From Promethearchaeota archaeon (GTDB lineage Archaea > Asgardarchaeota > Lokiarchaeia > Sigyniarchaeales > SOKP01): 64,000 nucleotides of DNA. The notes beneath the pieces are model-generated. The model saw only the letters and a list, made by a program, of their open reading frames with translations, ran no database searches and had not been told where the DNA came from. Shown here piece after piece: positions 41,006 through 52,548 of this stretch; positions within the stretch are counted from its first letter, which is position 1, and every line of letters begins with the position of its first letter. The stretch lies in NCBI GenBank assembly GCA_019057795.1, contig JAHLWS010000082.1:64001-128000 (forward strand), read 5' to 3'. The translations under genes and the position numbers were made by a program.

Positions 41006-43978
41006 ATGAGCTATTCGTTTAGTCGTACTAAATTAATTGATAAAATCAAATTCGGGCTGTTGAGCCCCGATGAGATTAGAAAAATGTCTGCTGCAAGAAT
41101 AATAACAGCCGACACATATGATGAAGATGGACTACCCATACCTAGTGGGCTTATGGACCAACGTTTAGGAACTATTGAGCCAGGACAGAGATGTCAGACT
41201 TGCGGTAACCTCGTAAGTAACTGTATGGGACACTTTGGGCATATAGAACTCGCCCGCCCCGTAATCCATGTCGGATATGCGAAAAAAGTATTGAAAGTTT
41301 TAAGAAGCATCTGTCCAGAATGTTCGAGGTTAATGCTGACAGAAGAAGAAATGGAAGGTTTTAGAGAAGAACAAACAAAACACAGAAAGATTTACTCTGA
41401 AGCGGATGAAGAAGCAACTAAGATGGTATTCAAGCTTGCGCGAAAGGGTAAAATTTGTCCTTATTGTGGAGCTAAAAAGAAGAAGATTGTTATCGAAAAA
41501 CCTACAACTTATTACGAAGAGGAGGAAAATAAGGGTTCTCATAGAATAACTCCTATTGAGATTTTAGAACGCCTTAAAAAAATGACTGATAACGATCTTA
41601 GGATCTTAGGAGTATCTCCTGAAAACGCAAGACTTGAATGGGTTATCTTTACAGTATTGTCTATTCCCCCCGTTTGTGCGAGACCTTCAATTACATTAGA
41701 TAGTGGAATCAGATCTGAAGATGATTTAACTCATAAATTAGTTGATGTTATTCGTATTAATCAAAGATTAAGAGAAAATATTGACGCTGGTGCCCCTCAC
41801 TTAATTGTTGAGGATTTATGGGAATTGCTCCAATATCACATTACTACTTATTTAGATAACCAAGTGTCAGGAATTCCTCCAGCAAGACATCGCTCAGGGA
41901 GGGCATTGAGAACACTCACCCAAAGATTAAAAGGAAAGGAAGGGAGATTTAGAAGCAACCTTAGCGGGAAAAGGGTTGATTTTTCCGCGCGATCAGTAAT
42001 ATCACCATCTCCTTATATCAGTATTAACGAAGTTGGTGTACCAATTGCCATTGCTAAAATCTTAACTATTCCAACTAATGTTAACGATTGGAATATTGAA
42101 GAAATGAAACATTTAGTTTTAAAGGGACCATTAGACCATCCGGGAGCTAACTATATAATTAGAACCGATCGTAGAAGAGTAGACCTGCGATACGTTAAAA
42201 ATCGAGAAATTATTGCTGAAATGCTTGCTCCTGGATTTACTGTTGAGCGCCATTTAGCAGACGGCGATCTGGTATTATTTAATCGACAACCTTCTCTTCA
42301 TAGAATGTCTATTATGGCTCATGAAGTAAAAATCATGGAAGGTAAAACATTCCGATTAAATTTAACAGTTTGTCCACCTTATAATGCTGATTTTGATGGT
42401 GACGAAATGAATTTGCATGTTCCCCAAAGTGAAGAGGCTCGAACGGAAGCTGAATTATTACTCAAGGTTCAAGAGCATATTTTATCTCCACGATTTGGCG
42501 GACCAATTCTTGGAGGAATTCAAGATTTTATTTCTTCAGTTTTTCAGTTTACCAGTTTAAATTCACTTTATAACAAAAAAGATGCTTTAAAGTTATTATA
42601 TTTAGGAGATGTTTTTGAGTCTAAGCCCGATTTTAATTTAGAAGATTTGACTCCCATAACTACAGACCCTGAACCGCTCTACTCCGGAAAACAAATTTTT
42701 AGCACTTTGTTTCCTAACGATTTGAATATAAAAGTCAAATCAAAATTTTGCAAAAAATGCGATGTATGCGAACAAGAAGACTGTCCGTACGACGCCTATG
42801 TCGTAATTAAAAACGGCATATTATTAGCTGGAACAATTGACGAGAATTCATTTGGAGCTATGCAACCTAATAGCATTTTGCAAAGAATAATTAAAGACCA
42901 CGGAAACGCTCGTGGAAGAGCGTTTTTAGATAGCGCTACAAAAATGTTATTGTATGTTATCCGACAAAATGGAATGACAATGGGTTTAGATGAAGTATAT
43001 GTTCATGGAGAAGCTTACGAAAAAATTCAAAAAATATTGGAAGATGCTAACAATGAATCACAAAAATTAATAAAAGCCCTATTCGAAAATGACACCACCG
43101 TTTTAAAAAGAGCCCCTGGACGCTCAATGCGCGAAACGCTAGAACTTAGAATTCGACAAATACTTGCAGAAGCGCGGAAAATGGCTGAAGAAACAGCATC
43201 TGACTATATCGGAGATGAGGCTCATTCTGTAATTATGACAAAATCAGGTGCGAGAGGAAATATATTAAATTTAGGACAAATGTCTGCCGTTGTAGGCCAA
43301 CAAGCGATTAGAGGCGAAAGAATTAATCGAGGATATATTGCAAGAGCACTCCCTCATTTCAAAGTAAATGATTTAAGCCCTCGAGCTCGTGGTTTTGTCG
43401 AATCTTCTTACCGAAAAGGGTTAAAACCAGCGGAATTCTTCTTCCATGCGATGGGTGGGAGAGAGGGCCTTGTAGATACGGCAGTTCGCACATCCACAAG
43501 TGGATATATGCAAAGAAGGCTTGTAAACGCTTTACAAGATATGATAATTGAAAACGATGGGACTGTAAGAAATAGTGACAAAAATATTATTCAGTTTAGA
43601 TATGGTGATGACGGTATAGATCCTATGCATACTGACCATTCTGCAGCTGTTAATCTTGATGTATTACTGCTTAAGGCTAAAGCACTTGATATTAATCAAA
43701 TTCGAGAAGAAATTAAAGAATCGCCAAAACTCAAAACAACAACAAAAAAACCTAAAGCAACAACAAAAAAACCTAAAGCAACAACAAAAAAACCTAAAGC
43801 AACAACAAAATCTAAAAAACCAAATATTAAAAAACAACCCGAACCTGATCAAAAAGATCAAATTCTTAGCGACGAGGAATTAAGGAAATTATATGAAAAA
43901 AACACAGGAAAAAACGCAGAGTGGCGAGGAAAGCTCACAAAAGGATATTTAGAATGGAAGAAAGAAAAATTAGGATAG
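41006..43978 (+). CDS. rpo1N: DNA-directed RNA polymerase subunit A' with ~90 aa C-terminal extension
   Basis: NADFDGDEMN active site, GHFGHIEL, GKRVDFSAR, GGREGLVDTAVRT. Confidence 0.99.
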   Translation: MSYSFSRTKLIDKIKFGLLSPDEIRKMSAARIITADTYDEDGLPIPSGLMDQRLGTIEPGQRCQTCGNLVSNCMGHFGHIELARPVIHVGYAKKVLKVLRSICPECSRLMLTEEEMEGFREEQTKHRKIYSEADEEATKMVFKLARKGKICPYCGAKKKKIVIEKPTTYYEEEENKGSHRITPIEILERLKKMTDNDLRILGVSPENARLEWVIFTVLSIPPVCARPSITLDSGIRSEDDLTHKLVDVIRINQRLRENIDAGAPHLIVEDLWELLQYHITTYLDNQVSGIPPARHRSGRALRTLTQRLKGKEGRFRSNLSGKRVDFSARSVISPSPYISINEVGVPIAIAKILTIPTNVNDWNIEEMKHLVLKGPLDHPGANYIIRTDRRRVDLRYVKNREIIAEMLAPGFTVERHLADGDLVLFNRQPSLHRMSIMAHEVKIMEGKTFRLNLTVCPPYNADFDGDEMNLHVPQSEEARTEAELLLKVQEHILSPRFGGPILGGIQDFISSVFQFTSLNSLYNKKDALKLLYLGDVFESKPDFNLEDLTPITTDPEPLYSGKQIFSTLFPNDLNIKVKSKFCKKCDVCEQEDCPYDAYVVIKNGILLAGTIDENSFGAMQPNSILQRIIKDHGNARGRAFLDSATKMLLYVIRQNGMTMGLDEVYVHGEAYEKIQKILEDANNESQKLIKALFENDTTVLKRAPGRSMRETLELRIRQILAEARKMAEETASDYIGDEAHSVIMTKSGARGNILNLGQMSAVVGQQAIRGERINRGYIARALPHFKVNDLSPRARGFVESSYRKGLKPAEFFFHAMGGREGLVDTAVRTSTSGYMQRRLVNALQDMIIENDGTVRNSDKNIIQFRYGDDGIDPMHTDHSAAVNLDVLLLKAKALDINQIREEIKESPKLKTTTKKPKATTKKPKATTKKPKATTKSKKPNIKKQPEPDQKDQILSDEELRKLYEKNTGKNAEWRGKLTKGYLEWKKEKLG
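43730..43810 (+). repeat. 21 bp in-frame tandem repeat (CCTAAAGCAACAACAAAAAAA; PKATTKK)
   Basis: Two full copies (43751-43792), one partial copy and one degenerate leading copy. Confidence 0.95.
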
Positions 43979-43986
43979 ATTTTTAA

Positions 43987-45210
<1,224 letters not shown>

Positions 45211-45424
45211 TATACAATATAGCTATACAGCACGAATTATAATCATAACCAACGGTTTTACCGCATTTTAAACACAAAAAAATAAAAACACAAAAAAAAA
45301 AATTTAGAAATCCTTAAGAGTAAGAAATAGGGGAACAAGCGATAAAATTTTATATTATTATGAATTTATTTTATTACTTTATTATTGATAATTAAAACGA
45401 ATACTATTTGAAAAGTCGATATCG

Positions 45425-45802
45425 ATGGCAAGGAAAAGCAAAAAGATGATAGAATCACTGGATTTATCTCGAAAGAAGATTAAAGTATTTGATGTCGATA
45501 CTAATATTAAAGTTGCATATAAGACGGGTACTCTGGTATATGGTAAATCCCAAGTTCTTAGTCAACTAAGGCAAAAATCCTTTAAGATGCTTATCATCGC
45601 AAACAACTGTCCGGCCGAATTAGACGCTCAATTAAGTTATTATAACTCTCTTATGAACAATATTCTCTTCATTCACAGATATCATGGCTCTTCGTGGGAG
45701 TTAGGACTAGCAATGGGCAAACCTTATATGATCTCTATTATTGGAGTCAACGATTTTGGAGATTCAGACTTATTATCTTTAAAAACCAAAAGTAATCAAT
45801 AA
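45425..45802 (+). CDS. rpl30e: 50S ribosomal protein L30e
   Basis: KTG.LVYG, IIANNCP, ELG..GKP, GDSD; conserved synteny. Confidence 0.95.
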   Translation: MARKSKKMIESLDLSRKKIKVFDVDTNIKVAYKTGTLVYGKSQVLSQLRQKSFKMLIIANNCPAELDAQLSYYNSLMNNILFIHRYHGSSWELGLAMGKPYMISIIGVNDFGDSDLLSLKTKSNQ

Positions 45803-45806
45803 ATAC

Positions 45807-46295
45807 GTGGAATATAAAAATATGTTACGCAAAAGGATCAAACTAGATCGTCAATCAATGGAATTAATTTCGCTATTTAATAATATCTCCGGTGCGATTA
45901 TTAAAGATTGTTTAATATTTGAATCTCCAGAAAATAATTCTGAGATAATCATTTTTTTAGTTAAAAAAGAAGATGTAGGGAAAGCAATTGGTAAAGCTGG
46001 AGAACATGTGAAGGACCTCATGGCCAAACTTCAAAAAAAGATCGATGTAATCCCTTGGTCAGAAAATCTCGAGCAATTCATTCAATTTATTTTAAATACT
46101 ACTAAGAATTCAATTCAAGTTCAAAATATTGAAATTAAGGAAAGTAGAAACGAAAAGAAAACCGTGATTATTTCCGTGCGACCTCAAGATCGTGGAAAAG
46201 CAATAGGTAAAGAAGGTTCTATGATAAGAAAAATAAAATTGCTTGTGCTCCGCCATTTTGAGATTGATAATGTAATAATCAACACAAAAAATTAA
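45807..46295 (+). CDS. nusA: Archaeal NusA (two KH domains)
   Basis: GKAIGKAG and GKAIGKEG GxxG motifs; synteny. Confidence 0.93.
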   Translation: MEYKNMLRKRIKLDRQSMELISLFNNISGAIIKDCLIFESPENNSEIIIFLVKKEDVGKAIGKAGEHVKDLMAKLQKKIDVIPWSENLEQFIQFILNTTKNSIQVQNIEIKESRNEKKTVIISVRPQDRGKAIGKEGSMIRKIKLLVLRHFEIDNVIINTKN

Positions 46296-46396
46296 ATATC
46301 TAATTCTCTAAATTCAAAAATTTTAAGTTTAAAGAGATATTTAAATCATATAATAAATACGTAAGAACAAATATAAAATTTTTAAGGTATCTTTCA

Positions 46397-46831
46397 ATGG
46401 GAAAAACCAAAGGATTGTATGCAGCTCGTAAGCTGAAAATGAATCGTAAGAAATTTCGATGGAGCAAAACAAAGTATAAAAGAAAGAAGCTTAAATTAAA
46501 ACAAAAAGTAGATCCCATGGAAGGCTCACCACAAGCTCTAGGTATCGTACTACAAAAAGTAGGACGAGAAAGCAAACAACCTAACTCAGCTATTCGAAAG
46601 TGCGTACGCGTTCAGTTAAAAAAGAATGGCAAAACTATAACTGCGTTTCTTCCTGGAGATGGGGCTTTGAACTTCATTGATGAACATGATAGAGTGATTG
46701 TGGAAGGAATTGGTGGCGCAAAGGGTCGTGCAGTTGGCGATCTCCCCGGAGTACGATGGCGGGTTGTGAAAGTAAACGACGTATCACTTCAAGCCTTGAT
46801 TGCTGGCAAAGTAGAAAAACCAATGCGATAG
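46397..46831 (+). CDS. rps12: 30S ribosomal protein S12 (uS12)
   Basis: [22 protein letters not shown]. Confidence 0.99.
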   Translation: MGKTKGLYAARKLKMNRKKFRWSKTKYKRKKLKLKQKVDPMEGSPQALGIVLQKVGRESKQPNSAIRKCVRVQLKKNGKTITAFLPGDGALNFIDEHDRVIVEGIGGAKGRAVGDLPGVRWRVVKVNDVSLQALIAGKVEKPMR

Positions 46832-46841
46832 GTGAATTAAC

Positions 46842-47459
46842 TTGAGTAAAACAAAAAAAGATATTAAATTATTTAATAAATGGTCGTTTAACAACATTGA
46901 AATTAAAGATTGGACTCTTGAACATTACCTAAACTTAAGACCTGTTATCATACCGCACACTGCGGGAAAGCATGAACATAAGCGCTTTTGGAAAACTACT
47001 AAAATATCCATTGTTGAACGATTTGTAAACAGATTACTAGCACCTGGATTCATTGGTAGTAAGATTAAAGGGCATAAGAGCTCGTACGGCTCAGGAAAAA
47101 AAAGTAAATTTTTAAGGAGTTTAGAAGATGCGTTTACTTTGATAGAATTGAATACAGGCGTGAATCCTATCCAAATTTTAATTGAAGCGATTTGCAATAC
47201 GGCTCCAAGAGAAGAAACGACAAAGATTGCTCGAGGTGGAATTTCTTATGCGTCTGCTGTTGACATAGCTCCACAGCGCCGAGTAGATTTAGCAATTAAA
47301 TATTTAGTACAGGCTATTGGTGCAAGATCTCACTCAAACGAACGGCAATTTGCAGCGAATTTGGCTCAAGAATTAATATTAGCTTCGAATGATAGCCAAG
47401 AATCAAGGGCAGTAAAAAGAAAAGACGAAATTGAAAGGATAGCAGTATCAGCACGCTAA
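46842..47459 (+). CDS. rps7: 30S ribosomal protein S7 (uS7)
   Basis: NPIQIL, APREETT, AVDIAPQRRVDLA, ERIAVSAR. Confidence 0.98.
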   Translation: MSKTKKDIKLFNKWSFNNIEIKDWTLEHYLNLRPVIIPHTAGKHEHKRFWKTTKISIVERFVNRLLAPGFIGSKIKGHKSSYGSGKKSKFLRSLEDAFTLIELNTGVNPIQILIEAICNTAPREETTKIARGGISYASAVDIAPQRRVDLAIKYLVQAIGARSHSNERQFAANLAQELILASNDSQESRAVKRKDEIERIAVSAR

Positions 47460-47741
47460 AAAACCTTCAATTCGAAAAATTATTTTGTACTCTTTTTATA
47501 AGTTATTTATTATGTACTTAATTTCATTAAAATCGTTTCTCTATGTACTAAAATAATTATAAATCCTCTTTAAAGAGTCAGAACAAGAAATTCTTTTGGA
47601 AAATTAAAAATTATATTGAATTTTATCACCTACATAATATCTATTCTCATTATGGTCTGTAAAATTCCTAATTTTTATATACCTCTTATATAATATTTAG
47701 TTAAGCAGAAATAATAATATTCAAGATTTATTGAACTTAAA

Positions 47742-49733
47742 GTGGATTCCGACAAAAATATTGATGTTCTAGAGAAACAGCTAAAAATACTAGGTCAAAA
47801 AATAAGAATTGACATTTTGAAAAAATTAAATGTCTGTCGTAATCCTTTATCTTATTCAATGCTTCAAAAAGAAGTTTTAGGTGCAAATCCAAACTCAGTT
47901 AATTTCTCTTTTCATTTAAAAGCGCTAAAAAATGGTAATTTAATATCAACTTCCGAGAGTGGTTATACTTTAAGCACATTAGGGAAACAAATTTTAAAAA
48001 ATATCGTATCGATGGAACAAATCCTCAACGATCAAAACAAACAGATTATGATAAGGACTTCTAAATACTCGAAAGAGCCTTTTAATGCGAATAAAATCGA
48101 AGCTTACTTGATTAAGGAAGGAGAGTTGGAGAAATCTTTAGCAATACAAATATCAGAGGAAGTAAAAGAGCGTCTTTCTAAAGCTAACATTGATTACTTA
48201 ACAACACCCTTAATGAGGGAATATATTAACGCGATTCTATTAGAAAATGGGCTAGAAGAAATAAGGCACAAATTAACTCGATTAGGGACTCCTCCTTTTG
48301 AAGCTTTTAGTTTTTTTGACAGAAACTTCAACCCCGAACAGTTTATCTCTAAGTTAGGATCCGATGTGTCTGAGCAATTTCTTTTGTTAAATTTGCTCCC
48401 TAAAAACTTAGCGGACTTATATTTATCAGGAGAGGTAGCTTTGTTAAACTTAAATTATTGGAGTTTAAGACCCTTAGGCTTCTATCTTGACTCAAAATCA
48501 ATAGTAGAGTATATCACCAAGCAGTCTTCGATTAATCTTAATAAATTGGATAATAATGTAGACTTTATTAATTTAATAATGAATTTTTTCGATATCTTAA
48601 CGAAATTCAAGCCTTATTTTTCTGAAGATATATTATTAGGCAATTTTAATAATTCCTTTTTATCTTATTTTAATTCTAACAAAAATACATCAAATATTCT
48701 TAATATCATAATTTCCCAAATTTTAAAACTCAGTAATAGGCAATACGATGAGAAACCTCACCTTTCTTTAGAATTCTCATTTTTGGATAATATTAAAAAG
48801 AATAATGCAGAAAATTCGAAAACTCATTTTTGCAACGACTTTTTAAAGAATTTAATCTATCAAATTAGCCTAAATAATGACCTTATATGTCCTTTAATGC
48901 TATACGATTATTCCGACTTTCTTAGCTCTAAAAGCGAGTCTGATAATTTAATAAAAGTTCTCACTTCAAGTTATCGTAATAATATTATATTCTATAAGAA
49001 CAACCATTCAAACTTGCTCAATTCAACGCTTACAAATGTCCACAAGCAAAATAAAAACGACGAAGAAAGAAATAAAATCGTTTTAGACAAAATTCTGATA
49101 AATTTACATATGATTGCTCAAAAATCTAACCAAAAAGATGACGTTTTTTTCGAAAATTTGCACGAAAAACTAGATTCTGTGTTTGAATTCTTTGTTAGTA
49201 AAAAAAAATTAGTAGATCGAAAATTAAAATCTTCAAATCATTGGAAGAAAATAATTTCCGAATTTTTTGAGCCGAAAAATGGTGATTGGATTGACGAGTC
49301 TTTAAAATCCATTAGTTTTTTTGGCTTAAATGAAGCTGTAAAAACGCATTGTGGTATTGAAATAGATAGAAACGTAAATAGCGAGGTTTTTGCCCAAAAA
49401 GTCTTAAATTTTATAATAGATATTATTGATGAAAATAATCAACGAGAGCATGGAAACTATATTTTTACTCAACCTCATAACGATAATTACCTATTTAATA
49501 AAGATTATAATTATCAACTTAGTTTAGGAGATAAAACTAAACGTTACAACATAGATTTGATTAGAGATGAATCAAAATTATCTTTCGAGAGAAAAATTGA
49601 ACTTCATAAGAAATTCGAAAAAATCCTAGACGGAGGGAGCATTTTTACATGTAATTTAAATAACTTACATTTACTTGAACATATAGAGATTTTAATAAAA
49701 TCAAAATTAAACGCGTTTTCAATTAGAGCTTAA
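47742..49733 (+). CDS. ArsR-like HTH + ATP-cone + degenerate class III ribonucleotide reductase (NrdD)-like domain
   Basis: IRIDILK...FSFHLKAL..GNLI (wHTH); LTTPLMREYINAILLENGLEEIRHKLTRLG (ATP cone); INLHMIA, SISFFGLNEAV, KILDGGSI (NrdD barrel); no glycyl-radical C-terminus. Confidence 0.75.
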   Translation: MDSDKNIDVLEKQLKILGQKIRIDILKKLNVCRNPLSYSMLQKEVLGANPNSVNFSFHLKALKNGNLISTSESGYTLSTLGKQILKNIVSMEQILNDQNKQIMIRTSKYSKEPFNANKIEAYLIKEGELEKSLAIQISEEVKERLSKANIDYLTTPLMREYINAILLENGLEEIRHKLTRLGTPPFEAFSFFDRNFNPEQFISKLGSDVSEQFLLLNLLPKNLADLYLSGEVALLNLNYWSLRPLGFYLDSKSIVEYITKQSSINLNKLDNNVDFINLIMNFFDILTKFKPYFSEDILLGNFNNSFLSYFNSNKNTSNILNIIISQILKLSNRQYDEKPHLSLEFSFLDNIKKNNAENSKTHFCNDFLKNLIYQISLNNDLICPLMLYDYSDFLSSKSESDNLIKVLTSSYRNNIIFYKNNHSNLLNSTLTNVHKQNKNDEERNKIVLDKILINLHMIAQKSNQKDDVFFENLHEKLDSVFEFFVSKKKLVDRKLKSSNHWKKIISEFFEPKNGDWIDESLKSISFFGLNEAVKTHCGIEIDRNVNSEVFAQKVLNFIIDIIDENNQREHGNYIFTQPHNDNYLFNKDYNYQLSLGDKTKRYNIDLIRDESKLSFERKIELHKKFEKILDGGSIFTCNLNNLHLLEHIEILIKSKLNAFSIRA

Positions 49734-49753
49734 ATTGAAGCGTTTACTACGAA

Positions 49754-50689
49754 TTAATCTGATAAAAGTTCTGCTAAAATAGCCTTTCTCATAGGGATTC
49801 CATAGTACGTTTGTTTGAAGTAAATCGCTTTTGGTGAATCATCAATGTCAGGAGAAATTTCTGTAACTCTGGGTAGAGGATGCATAATTTTAAAATCGTC
49901 TTTAGTTTCCTTTAAATCTTTTTTTGTAAATACATATATATTTTTAACTCTATCGTATTCTTCAATGTCGGCAAACCTCTCTTTCTGAATTCTAGTAATG
50001 TAGAGAACATCCAAAATGTTTAAGATATCTCGATATTTTTCAATTTCTTTATATTTTGCTTGTCGTTGCCGTAAGAATTCCTTATCTCTTTTTCGCATCA
50101 TTAGCTCTTTAGGACTTATGAAATAGATGTTTACATCATAATTTGAAAGTAATATCGACAGAGAATGAACAGTCCTTCCGAATTTTAGGTCGCCCATTAT
50201 CCCAATATTTAAACCGTCTAACTTTTGACACTCTTCGGTAATCGTTAATAAATCTAACAAAGCTTGAGTTGGGTGCTCACCGCTCCCTGATCCCGCGTTT
50301 ATGATTGGTATTTTTGCAAATTTTGTGGCAAGTCTTGCTGATCCTTCTAAATTATGTCTTATAACAATGCCATCGCTATAATTTTCTACGGTTCGAATGG
50401 TGTCTGCGATGCTTTCTCCTTTCTTTATAGAAGAGACATCACCAGAATGGAAGCCAATTACGCTCCCCCCTAATCGATGCATTGCTGATTCAAAACTTAA
50501 ACGAGTCCTAGTCGAGGGTTCAAAAAATAAAGTCGCTAAAATTTTCCCCTTAAGGAGTTCTGAACTTTTCTTATTCTGAATCATTTCCTTGGCTTTTTTT
50601 AAGATATGATCGATATCTTCCCGCGAAAAATCTTTTGCTGATATGATTCCTTCCCTAAATTTCTCTTTGAATGACATAATTCTTAACAA
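49754..50689 (-). CDS. pyrB: Aspartate carbamoyltransferase catalytic subunit
   Basis: FFEPSTRTRLSFE, HPTQALLD, GDLKFGRTVHS, RIQKERF, HPLPR. Confidence 0.98.
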   Translation of the reverse strand: MLRIMSFKEKFREGIISAKDFSREDIDHILKKAKEMIQNKKSSELLKGKILATLFFEPSTRTRLSFESAMHRLGGSVIGFHSGDVSSIKKGESIADTIRTVENYSDGIVIRHNLEGSARLATKFAKIPIINAGSGSGEHPTQALLDLLTITEECQKLDGLNIGIMGDLKFGRTVHSLSILLSNYDVNIYFISPKELMMRKRDKEFLRQRQAKYKEIEKYRDILNILDVLYITRIQKERFADIEEYDRVKNIYVFTKKDLKETKDDFKIMHPLPRVTEISPDIDDSPKAIYFKQTYYGIPMRKAILAELLSD

Positions 50690-50826
50690 AAGTTTTAATA
50701 AAATTAGGTTATTACTACTTAAATTATTTTTTATCTATATCAATAAAAGAGTTATTCAGAACTAATAAAATTTAAAATTTATAAATAATTAATTAGTTTA
50801 ATTTAAAATTTGTAGTTGTTTGAAAA

Positions 50827-51108
50827 ATGAAATTTCCACGTACGATAAATCGGTATTGCCCAAAATGTCGCTCTCATACAAAGCACAACGTGACACTCTA
50901 TAAGAAAGGGAAGGAAAGAGCGATGAACCATGGACGAAGACGCCTAGAAAGAAAGAAAAAGGGCTACGGTAGCTTTCCTAAAGAGATATTTCATAAAAAC
51001 GCGAAAATGAATAAAAGATCTCAGCCAATATTAGAATGTTCTGAATGTGGTAAAAAACAATATTCAAAATCATACCGCGTAAAAAAATTCGAATTACAAG
51101 AAGTATAA
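50827..51108 (+). CDS. rpl44e: 50S ribosomal protein L44e (eL42)
   Basis: YCPKC..HT.H, YKKGK, GYG, LECSECGK. Confidence 0.96.
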   Translation: MKFPRTINRYCPKCRSHTKHNVTLYKKGKERAMNHGRRRLERKKKGYGSFPKEIFHKNAKMNKRSQPILECSECGKKQYSKSYRVKKFELQEV

Positions 51109-51122
51109 AATTGTGAAAAATT

Positions 51123-51329
51123 ATGCCAAAGAAAAAAAGACCAAAGGATTTAATTCCCTATCCAAAAAGTAGGTTTTTACGTGTAAAATGCCTAAATTGT
51201 GGCAATCAGCAAATAATTTTTGGGTGTTCTTCTACAGATGTGGAATGTTTAGTATGCGGAAAACTATTACTTCAATCTACTGGTGGTAAAGCACGAATTC
51301 TAACCAAGATTTTAGAAGTGCTCTCCTAA
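51123..51329 (+). CDS. rps27e: 30S ribosomal protein S27e
   Basis: [24 protein letters not shown]. Confidence 0.97.
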   Translation: MPKKKRPKDLIPYPKSRFLRVKCLNCGNQQIIFGCSSTDVECLVCGKLLLQSTGGKARILTKILEVLS

Positions 51330-51369
51330 CTAACTTTCACCTTATTTGAGTTTTTATCTATTTATTTGA

Positions 51370-51397
51370 TCGTGAAACCACTCTTATTCTATAAAAT
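51370..51397. other. attL-like recombination site
   Basis: TCGTGAAA-CCACTC-TTATTCTATAAAAT (host arm, 6 bp core, element arm). Confidence 0.8.
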
Positions 51398-51726
51398 CTC
51401 ATATCAAATATATGAAACATAATTTCAAAACAAAATTTATTAAGAATTGCGAAAAATCAATATTTTTAATTATTTAAGACCAATATATCAATTTTGAGCA
51501 ATCTAAGAATCATAGTTCATTGTATCAAGCAAAATATATTATTTCTATATTAAATAAGAGAAAAGAAGCTATTTTTTAAAAATTAACGAAATTGTTAAAT
51601 GATATAATTATATTATTACAGATTTAAGGGTATCATTACTGTATCTGATATAAATGTATCATAAAAAATCAGCTATGATATTTTTATAACTTAGTTTAAA
51701 TAGATTTTGTAGTAATTATTTGTATA

Positions 51727-52044
51727 ATGTCTGTTCCAGAAAAAATTAGTGAAGTTTTAAAAAAAGAAAGCCGATTGAGTATTGCGGAAATTACTGAAAG
51801 GTTGAATGAAACAAGAAAGAGATTAGTTAGAGAAAGCGTATATAGACTTTTAAAGAGAAAGATTATTGTTAAAGACGGTAAAAAAGGAAAGGCTTATTTA
51901 TATTCACTAAAAGAGAACGCTATAGAACCAAAAATATTATTAAAAGAATTACATTCGATTATGAATAAAAGAATGGATTTTGTTGAAAAACCGAGCGAAA
52001 ATGAAACAAATACTATTAAAATAATTGAGGAAATGCTAAAATAA
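51727..52044 (+). CDS. Winged-helix DNA-binding protein
   Basis: LSIAEITERL...VRESVYRLLKRKII...GKKGKAYLYSL. Confidence 0.75.
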   Translation: MSVPEKISEVLKKESRLSIAEITERLNETRKRLVRESVYRLLKRKIIVKDGKKGKAYLYSLKENAIEPKILLKELHSIMNKRMDFVEKPSENETNTIKIIEEMLK

Positions 52045-52319
52045 TGACCTTGTTAGATAAATTGGAGAAATTCAAAAAAAAAGATTCTCTTCAGGGAGAG
52101 AGAAAGATTTCTACTGAAAGAAAAAAAATTATTATCTCAGAGCAAAAAACCCCGAAATTAGAAAGATTGAATGAAATTCCAAAGATTAACAAAAATCTTG
52201 AATTAATCCTAATAAAAAGCGTTTATGCTAACAGATTCGGTTCTACTACTAATAAATTAAAATCAGATATGCAAAAAGCGATAATAAATGCTTGGAAAAT
52301 AGAATATGAGAAGGGATGA
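52044..52319 (+). CDS. Hypothetical basic protein
   Basis: TAATG stop/start overlap with the upstream wHTH gene, preceded by GAGG. Confidence 0.65.
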   Translation: MTLLDKLEKFKKKDSLQGERKISTERKKIIISEQKTPKLERLNEIPKINKNLELILIKSVYANRFGSTTNKLKSDMQKAIINAWKIEYEKG

Positions 52320-52548
52320 TTGATTTTTACGTGTTATTACCTCAATTTACGGAAGCATTTAAGAAAAATTTAGAAAAACTGAAAAAATAGTATATTCTTT
52401 TTTTTAAGTTTTTTAGAATAATTAAAGCGTTTTTTAGATGTTTTTGATATTTTTATTGTATATTATACCATATCTAAAATAAAGATTTTTATCGGCTTAA
52501 AATTTTGGAATTTTATAGCATATCTCCGAATATCGTCTAAACTAAATT

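Noticed and set aside
43730-43810. Homology of the heptad repeat to the Pol II CTD (YSPTSPS), or a CRISPR-like array
   Set aside because: The sequence is unrelated, it lies at the end of A' rather than A'', and the repeats are contiguous with no spacers
43656-43883. Q-rich (KQQQKNL) and FFCCC-repeat ORFs overlapping the rpo1N tail
   Set aside because: They are alternative-frame and antisense readings of the 21 bp repeat; the rpo1N frame is continuous
51330-51400. tRNA gene as the integration target
   Set aside because: No cloverleaf or GTTCRA T-loop is visible at either element end; I found no tRNA or rRNA in the window
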